Positions 44,564 through 50,221 of a DNA stretch of 50,221 nt are shown piece by piece. The position numbers and the translations under genes are program-made. Source of the DNA: a virus (lineage: Duplodnaviria; Caudoviricetes); the IMG/VR virus record IMGVR_UViG_3300038393_000928, positions 1 through 50,221 of that record; one strand, given 5' to 3'. The notes under the pieces were generated by a model, which worked only from the letters and a program-made list of their open reading frames with translations, did no database searches and was not told the DNA's origin. Each line of letters begins with the position of its first letter. Within the stretch, counting starts at the first letter, position 1.

Positions 44564-45330
44564 GCCCTCCGACGCAAAATAGTGACCTCGAATGGTTTCC
44601 CGGTCTCCGTCGCCTCCGGCTGCACCTCCAGGCCGTCATCGGTCTCATAGCGCACCGGAACTTCCGTGCGGCCGGCACGAGCGCGCTTGAACGGGAGCGG
44701 CGTGATGCGCGCCGTCTGGCGCTTCGGCGGACGTAGAGCGCGAGCGATTGCGGACAGCCCGTGCAAGAGGTTCTCTTCCTTCGTCAGATCCCTGACCCCC
44801 AGCGCGTGGGCCGAGGCCTTCTTGGGCATCCAGAACGGCCACGAACCGAGGACACACACGAGGAACAGTTCCTCGCGCTCGGTAGCGCTCAGCGCGACAT
44901 TCAGTCGCTTCCAGCGCTCCAGGGCCGCAGCCTCAAGCTTGGGCCTATCCTCGGGCTGGATATCGCCGCTGAACACCCGGTCGAAGATGTCCACAATCTC
45001 AGCATCGCTCATCTGCGACCAGTTCATGCGAAGCGTCTCGCTGGGCGGGACCTCCGCCAGGCTCCCGCAGCTCATGCGAGGGCCGCCGATGTGCGACAGG
45101 TTGAACGCCGCCCTGTACGACATGGCGTCCCGGTGCATCTGCTCCGTGATCCATTGACGTGACAGGGCAAAGTCTAGGGGGTGCTCCCCCGCCGACGCGT
45201 CCCCCGCTTTGCGGCGGGTCAAGAGCGCTTCGTTGGGCGCCGGCGGCTTCAGCTTGCCGGACGGGTAGCGGTCGCCGGATTTGCGCGGCCGACCAGCTTT
45301 GCTGGAGCCTTTGGTCTTACGTCGTGCCAT
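44560..45330 (-). CDS. Putative late-gene regulator (Q-like position)
   Basis: AGRPRK.G.R.PSG N-terminus; last early gene before the putative late promoter. Confidence 0.5.
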   Translation of the reverse strand: MARRKTKGSSKAGRPRKSGDRYPSGKLKPPAPNEALLTRRKAGDASAGEHPLDFALSRQWITEQMHRDAMSYRAAFNLSHIGGPRMSCGSLAEVPPSETLRMNWSQMSDAEIVDIFDRVFSGDIQPEDRPKLEAAALERWKRLNVALSATEREELFLVCVLGSWPFWMPKKASAHALGVRDLTKEENLLHGLSAIARALRPPKRQTARITPLPFKRARAGRTEVPVRYETDDGLEVQPEATETGKPFEVTILRRRA

Positions 45331-45361
45331 GGCTAGCCCCACTTCCTTTGAAAGGTTTTGC

Positions 45362-45652
45362 TCATCCCGGAACACTCGCCGACACCTCTGCGCCCTCGGG
45401 TGCCGCGGCCCCTCGGGTCACCTCGACTCTAAGTCCTTGGCGAGCGTAAGAGCCCCGCGTGGGACTGAACTCGTCCAGCACCGTCTCAACGACGTGCTTC
45501 ATCTGCCGGGGCTTCTTGACCCCGCAATCCCAGAGAGCCTGGACGACGCTAAGGCCGTACTCGTGGATCAGCGCGCGGATTTCCGGGTCGTATTCATCGA
45601 CCTTCTCCATCCGCTTGCGGCGCTTCTCGTCAATCCAGGCTTGTTCGTGCAT
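45362..45652 (-). CDS. Hypothetical protein
   Basis: R.LIHEYG..VV ORF. Confidence 0.65.
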   Translation of the reverse strand: MHEQAWIDEKRRKRMEKVDEYDPEIRALIHEYGLSVVQALWDCGVKKPRQMKHVVETVLDEFSPTRGSYARQGLRVEVTRGAAAPEGAEVSASVPG

Positions 45653-45654
45653 GG

Positions 45655-45987
45655 CTACATCCTGCCCGCTGAGATGCCCATCGTACCCGCACGCAGTTCA
45701 TGAACCTTGGGCGGCGAGAGGCGATCCTTGATCCGCTCAGCGGTGCTGATCAGGCCATTGAGGCGGCTCGCGAGAAGTTCCGCGTCGTTGACTAATCCGC
45801 ATGATGGCGAGGCGCCGGTCGCAGCTACGTCCGCCCCGTAGCCGAGCAAGTCGCCGAGTAGGCTCTCCAAGACTTCCGAAAGCGCCGATGCATAGCGGTG
45901 GCCTGCTTGGATGCTTTCCACGACGGCCGGCGGCTCCTTCGGAGCGAGGGCGGGGGCTTGCGAGTTGTACTTGGCGTATTCGTCCAT
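45655..45987 (-). CDS. Hypothetical protein
   Basis: AAGGA RBS. Confidence 0.65.
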   Translation of the reverse strand: MDEYAKYNSQAPALAPKEPPAVVESIQAGHRYASALSEVLESLLGDLLGYGADVAATGASPSCGLVNDAELLASRLNGLISTAERIKDRLSPPKVHELRAGTMGISAGRM

Positions 45988-46022
45988 AACGATTTCCTTA
46001 TGTGGTTGATGGGTAAGCGGTA

Positions 46023-46700
46023 CTAAGCTCGCCTCGCCATGACTTCGCGAAGCTCTGGCGTGATGCCGGTTTCATCGACCTTTCCGGCGGTGTTCCGTGC
46101 GGGCGGCCGGGTGACGGCCTTGACCGACCTGGCGTTGAAGTCCGCCAGCATCTCGCGGATCTTCGTGGCGTTATCGACCGCCACGCCGTCTGGGATCACC
46201 AGCGCGGGCGTCTCGGGCTCATCGGCTAGCTGAATCGCTCTACGGGCTCGCTGATAGCGGCGAAGGGTCTTGCTGACCGTCGTGTGGGCCAGTTCGTGGA
46301 GTTGTCCGGGCTTCGGCATGAACTCCGACGACGGCCGGGCCACCCAGGCCCGCATCGCCGCCTCCAGGCAGGCCAGAGGCACGTCCTTCAGCACCTCGAC
46401 GTAATCCGCCCACCACGCTTCCCATTCGCCATCAGACCGCGGTGGCTGGGGGTAGAGGGCGAAGCGCTTGCCGATCACGGCCTTGACGCCATCGTCACCG
46501 GACTTCCACTCGGCCCCGGCCTTCAGCGCCGGGAGCGCCGCCCTCGTCTCTTCTCGGAGGGTCATGAACTGGCCGATGCGCCGAGCAGCGTCGTCAGGGC
46601 TCATATCGTTGCTGTCCAGCAACTCGGTCAGCGGCTGCGAAAGCTCGGGCGAGGTTGGCCTGCTTGGCAGCGAATTTGTCGTCTTGGCGGGGAGCTGCAT
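46023..46700 (-). CDS. Replication accessory / helicase loader-like protein (alternative start 46604)
   Basis: W..Y...L.D.P...L..A...W......FMPKP.. downstream of initiator. Confidence 0.55.
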   Translation of the reverse strand: MQLPAKTTNSLPSRPTSPELSQPLTELLDSNDMSPDDAARRIGQFMTLREETRAALPALKAGAEWKSGDDGVKAVIGKRFALYPQPPRSDGEWEAWWADYVEVLKDVPLACLEAAMRAWVARPSSEFMPKPGQLHELAHTTVSKTLRRYQRARRAIQLADEPETPALVIPDGVAVDNATKIREMLADFNARSVKAVTRPPARNTAGKVDETGITPELREVMARRA

Positions 46701-47247
46701 GGGTCTGCCGGGGCTGGAGTTGAATCACTTCGGCTGGTTCGTCCTGCCATCGCTCGCCGTTGAGCCAGGTCGCGGCGTGCGGGATGAATTGGGCCTCGCC
46801 CCACCCGGCCCGCGCCCTCTCGAGCCCGCCGATCAGAATTTGCTCTTCGTCGAAGGGGGGGAGTTTCTTCCAGGCCTTGGTGAAGGCTTTCCGGGCGTCC
46901 GCCTTGGCGGTCTTCCGGGGATACGCCGCCCAGAACTTCACGAACCCGGCGTCCTCGCGAACGCGCTCCTCGCGTGTAGTTATACTCTCACGGGTATGGG
47001 TGGGTGATTGGGGGGTCTGGGGGGAAAGAGGGAGGGAAAGGGTTTCCGCGGATTCCACGGAATCGCTGGATTCCGCGGAATTCCGCGGAACATTGCGCTT
47101 CCTCTCGCGGTCTTTCGCGCGCTTGGGCTCCAGCACCGCATCAACGGCGATCTTCAACTCCACCTCAAAGGCTTCGGCGGCCTTCAGGGCGGTTTCAAGA
47201 TCAAGACCAGCCTCCTGGCAGCGACGGATGAAGCCAACTGTGCTCAC
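46594..47247 (-). CDS. Replication initiator protein
   Basis: F..FW.AYPRK.AK..A.KA...FIPH.ATWLN.ERW.DE; internal iterons. Confidence 0.8.
   Translation of the reverse strand: MSTVGFIRRCQEAGLDLETALKAAEAFEVELKIAVDAVLEPKRAKDRERKRNVPRNSAESSDSVESAETLSLPLSPQTPQSPTHTRESITTREERVREDAGFVKFWAAYPRKTAKADARKAFTKAWKKLPPFDEEQILIGGLERARAGWGEAQFIPHAATWLNGERWQDEPAEVIQLQPRQTHAAPRQDDKFAAKQANLARAFAAADRVAGQQRYEP
47044..47090. repeat. Origin iterons, TTCCRCGGA(A) x4
   Basis: Copies at 47044, 47053, 47071 and 47081 inside the initiator gene. Confidence 0.7.
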
Positions 47248-47918
47248 GCGGGCATGCCCCCGAGCTGTGCCACCAGGAAGTTGCAATCGTAGGCGATCAC
47301 CGGGTCATCGACCCTGAGAGCCTCGATGCGCCGGACGGCGTGCAGGACTGTCGTGTGGTCGCGCCCGCCGAAGCGCCGACCAATGTCGGGCATGGAGCGG
47401 TTGGTAAGCTGTTTGCACAGCCACATGGCGACCTGTCGAGGTCTGGCTACCTCTCGCCTCCGGCACTCAGAGGACATCTCCTTGAGCGGCAGTCTGAAAT
47501 GCTCAGCTACCAGCTTTTGGATCTCGGCGACGGTGACGCGTGTCGCTCGGTGGGTCACTGCGAAGCCTAGCCTTCCGGTCGGAAGGTCAACTGAGGCGGA
47601 AAACGTCACCCGAACGCCGGTGCATGGATAGACCTGTACTGTGGGACGCTGCGGCTTCCACAGCACGGCGCGCGGCTCTCGGTTGATCCTGGCAGGCGGC
47701 GGTTTCACAGCCGGCTCTACGTCGGGCGCGGGTTCGGTCTGATCACAGGAAACCCACGGCAGCACATCCTGAACGGGCCGCCCGATCATCTTGGCGATCT
47801 GGGCAGCGCTGGTTCCGGCCCTTGCGCGCTCTCGGATGAAGGCCCGTTCGGAAAAATCGACCACACCTCGGCGGGCCGTAGCGAACTCGCCTCCCGCCGC
47901 GTTAGAAGGGTTGCTCAT
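47244..47918 (-). CDS. Protein with C-terminal DnaA domain IV (Bac_DnaA_C-like)
   Basis: IQ..VA.HF...R...ARPRQVAMWL...T..S.P.IGRRFGGRDHTTVLHAVR.I. Confidence 0.9.
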   Translation of the reverse strand: MSNPSNAAGGEFATARRGVVDFSERAFIRERARAGTSAAQIAKMIGRPVQDVLPWVSCDQTEPAPDVEPAVKPPPARINREPRAVLWKPQRPTVQVYPCTGVRVTFSASVDLPTGRLGFAVTHRATRVTVAEIQKLVAEHFRLPLKEMSSECRRREVARPRQVAMWLCKQLTNRSMPDIGRRFGGRDHTTVLHAVRRIEALRVDDPVIAYDCNFLVAQLGGMPA

Positions 47919-48271
47919 GCAGCCCTCCTGAGGTTCAGAGCCACGTAGCCGCCTTCCGCCAGAACGGCGGCGCAATGCTGCTCATCCCAAGCGAAGTCAG
48001 GGCAGGTATCGTCCGGCGCGAAAGGGGTCAGGGACGGCTTGATCTCGGCGTTCAGCAGGCGACGCGGCGGAAGCTTGTAGCTCGGTCGCGGCTCAGCCTT
48101 GGACGGCTTCTTCCAGCGCTTCTCGGTCAGGCCTAAACGAAAGATGATCCCCGAGACCGCCGTGCGGTTCACGCCCATGCGCGCGGCGATCTGGGCGGGG
48201 CTCAGGCCGGCCTTGCGAAGGGCGGTGACCTCTTCGCAACGCTCGTCATTCCAGAACACGGGGCGGCTCAT
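47915..48271 (-). CDS. GcrA-like HTH protein
   Basis: W.DER....L...GLS..QIA..MGV.R.AV.G...RLGL. Confidence 0.75.
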   Translation of the reverse strand: MSRPVFWNDERCEEVTALRKAGLSPAQIAARMGVNRTAVSGIIFRLGLTEKRWKKPSKAEPRPSYKLPPRRLLNAEIKPSLTPFAPDDTCPDFAWDEQHCAAVLAEGGYVALNLRRAA

Positions 48272-48447
48272 GCTTCGCCCTCGGTCTTGAAGTGGTGAAG
48301 GATCGCGTAGGCGATGCGGGTCAGGGCTTTGGAGGTGTCTTCGCCTCCGTGACGCTCGACGTGGATGCCAGCAGCGTGGGCCATGACCTGGCGCAGCTCT
48401 TCGCTGGGCATGTCGTGAAGGTCTTGGATGAGGTCGGCGGAGATCAC
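48268..48447 (-). CDS. Hypothetical protein (not in ORF track)
   Basis: MISADLIQDLHDMP...; ATGA coupled; GGAGG RBS. Confidence 0.55.
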   Translation of the reverse strand: MISADLIQDLHDMPSEELRQVMAHAAGIHVERHGGEDTSKALTRIAYAILHHFKTEGEA

Positions 48448-48449
48448 CG

Positions 48450-48848
48450 TCAGACCTCCGTGATTTCGAGGCCGTAACAGGCCGCGAAGAGCTTGTTCTT
48501 GATGCGGTAGACGGGGTGCTTGCGGGTGATCGCGGACTTGACGTCCTCCACCACGTTCGCCGGATGGCCCGGCTTCAGGTCCCGGCGCTGATACGCGAAG
48601 TCCGCAATGTAGGTGCAGACCAGCAGGCCATTGACCTTCAGCGGGAACTTGGGATGAAGCTGGAGATCCCGGATGTAGCCGGCCTTCTCCAACAGCTTCA
48701 GCTCACCGTAGCGCTTGGCTTCCTTCCGGCTGGCGAAAGTCTCGCCGTCCACTTCCGTTGGGACGTTGCGGAACTTGCGCTTGGGCGCCTTGGCCGCGGC
48801 ATCCAAATAGGTCTCCAGGCCGTTTGTCAGGAGTTCGCGGGTCATCAC
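48450..48848 (-). CDS. DUF1064-like PD-(D/E)xK nuclease
   Basis: K.RN..T.VDG..F.S.KEA.RY..L...Y.ADF.Y...VVEDVK. Confidence 0.85.
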   Translation of the reverse strand: MMTRELLTNGLETYLDAAAKAPKRKFRNVPTEVDGETFASRKEAKRYGELKLLEKAGYIRDLQLHPKFPLKVNGLLVCTYIADFAYQRRDLKPGHPANVVEDVKSAITRKHPVYRIKNKLFAACYGLEITEV

Positions 48849-48986
48849 GCGTCTTCCGACTTGAGGAAGGCGACGAGATCCGCGCTGCGCGGGTTAAGAG
48901 GGGGAACGGGCCGCGAGACGCGCTGCCGTTCGAACTCGGACCACAGCTCGACCTTCGAACCGTGATCGTGCAGGCCTAGGCCGACC

Positions 48987-49397
48987 TTACGAGCCGACCA
49001 GCCGTAGAGCCCCGCCACTCGCATCAGACTGCGCCAGGCCAGCCGCGCGAAGGCGCGCAAGCCGTGCTTCCTTACCCCGGATGATCGCCTGCTCATGGGC
49101 TATCTCTTTTTCCAATGAAGCGAGCCGTGACGCCCCAACGACAGGCTCAATGGTGATGTCTGCGAAGTCCCAGCCGAAGAAGGCGATCAGGACTTCGTAG
49201 GTATCGAGGGAACAGCTCGGTTGGTCTGGAAGGCACGCGTTCTGAATCGTGCGGAAGTCCAGCCGGTGTGGCGTCTGCTCTTCGATCTGGCGGGAAAGCT
49301 CTTTCGCGGTGAGGCCGAGGGCCTTCATCTGCGCACGCAGGGCCGCAGAGACCCGGTGCCTGAGCAAAGGTTGGGATTTACGTTCCAAGACACGCAT
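48987..49397 (-). CDS. HTH regulator (CII-like position)
   Basis: GLTAKELSR...RTIQN HTH-like segment plus coiled coil. Confidence 0.55.
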   Translation of the reverse strand: MRVLERKSQPLLRHRVSAALRAQMKALGLTAKELSRQIEEQTPHRLDFRTIQNACLPDQPSCSLDTYEVLIAFFGWDFADITIEPVVGASRLASLEKEIAHEQAIIRGKEARLARLRAAGLAQSDASGGALRLVGS

Positions 49398-49458
49398 GCA
49401 TCTTCCCGTCATCTGTTGCCTCGCGGCGCTTGGTCGCAGGGGCAACGGGTCACATGGA

Positions 49459-49690
49459 CATGACGATGGAGGGTCAAACAGCGGACGGGATCGAGTGCGC
49501 TCTGCGGTGCTACCAGGCGATGCAGGGCGAGACTGACATTGAGACCCGGATCAGCCTGTGGCGGGCTATGGGTCGGTATATGAGACGCGACAAAGTGGAG
49601 CGGGCTGACCGGCGACTTATGGTCAGCCCGCTCCCACGCGCAGGGGTCTGGGAAACCCTGGGGTACAGTGCGCGTGACGTGAATTTCTGA
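49459..49690 (+). CDS. Hypothetical protein
   Basis: Protein-like translation; competes with antisense ORF 49409-49699. Confidence 0.4.
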
Positions 49691-49836
49691 GTGGGCCATG
49701 GGCTCAGCTCACCAGGGCCACGAGGCCCGCCCAGCAAGCGATGCTGAAGCCGAGTCCGCCGATCAGGCCAAACGCGCGCCCGTAATGGGTAGTGCGCATA
49801 GTGGCCTCGCCGAATTTCCTCGATACGGTATGGAGG

Positions 49837-50130
49837 ATGAACCTGATGGCCCAACCCCCGCCCGCCGGCCAGCGGCCGAACGTCGCCGTTGGCTTGGCGA
49901 TCCTGCTGCTGATGCTGTTGGCGGAGGAGAAGCCGAAGCGGCTGAAACGCTTCCGCGAACTGCTCGACGACAAGGCGATCCACGCCAAGGTCAAGCGCCT
50001 GAGGGGCGAGCGCACCTCTGCGGAATGGGATCTGCTGTTCGCCGTCACGAAGGAAGTGGGCGAGCCGGTGTTGCAGATGATCGAGGAAATGCTCTCCGAA
50101 AGGCCGCCCAAGCGACGCAAGCAGAAGTAG
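49837..50130 (+). CDS. Hypothetical protein
   Basis: GGAGG directly upstream; GC3-biased codons. Confidence 0.55.
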   Translation: MNLMAQPPPAGQRPNVAVGLAILLLMLLAEEKPKRLKRFRELLDDKAIHAKVKRLRGERTSAEWDLLFAVTKEVGEPVLQMIEEMLSERPPKRRKQK

Positions 50131-50221
50131 CGACAAGTCGCCACAGTATCGCTGCGCAAGCTGGTCTGCCACAACCCAACCGGGGACACCTTAAGTTGGG
50201 GGCGAGTATTGCCAAAACCTT

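Larger units (their letters stand above)
1..50221. mobile_element. Temperate P22-like phage genome (partial, attP-joined form)
   Basis: Terminase-portal-scaffold-P22 coat-ejection-tailspike-lysis module, integrase with adjacent tRNA-derived att core, phage genes on both sides of att, no host housekeeping genes. Confidence 0.95.

Noticed and set aside
1-50221. Diversity-generating retroelement, retron, or recognisable defence operon
   Set aside because: No reverse transcriptase motifs, no TR/VR pair and no recognisable defence genes were seen.

Overview
Most of a GC-rich temperate, P22-like (short-tailed) phage genome. The host is inferred to be an alphaproteobacterium, probably Caulobacteraceae, from the GcrA-like and DnaA domain IV genes and the GANTC cluster at the origin. 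The genome is in its excised/circular arrangement. From left to right: a + strand early operon (NinB-like, HNHs, PAPS-reductase-like, DUF4326-like, tyrosine integrase); an intact attP carrying the 3' half of tRNA-Pro(TGG); a repressor-controlled + strand array of about 15 tiny accessory genes; then a long - strand block. Read in its own direction, that block runs CII-like/GcrA/DnaA/replication, terminase, portal, scaffold, coat, HNH, head completion, ejection proteins, tailspike and lysis, and it is interrupted by several apparently leaderless morons. cI and recombinase genes are not visible and presumably lie outside the window. The most unusual signal is a set of short repeat families at accessory-gene boundaries. 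One ~31 bp element (core GCTAGGCCCCGGGA) lies forward at gene 3' ends and inverted just after start codons, and runs of consecutive genes end in near-identical junction sequences. Together these suggest a gene-cassette shuffling system. All family assignments are from motif recognition by eye; no database searches were run.
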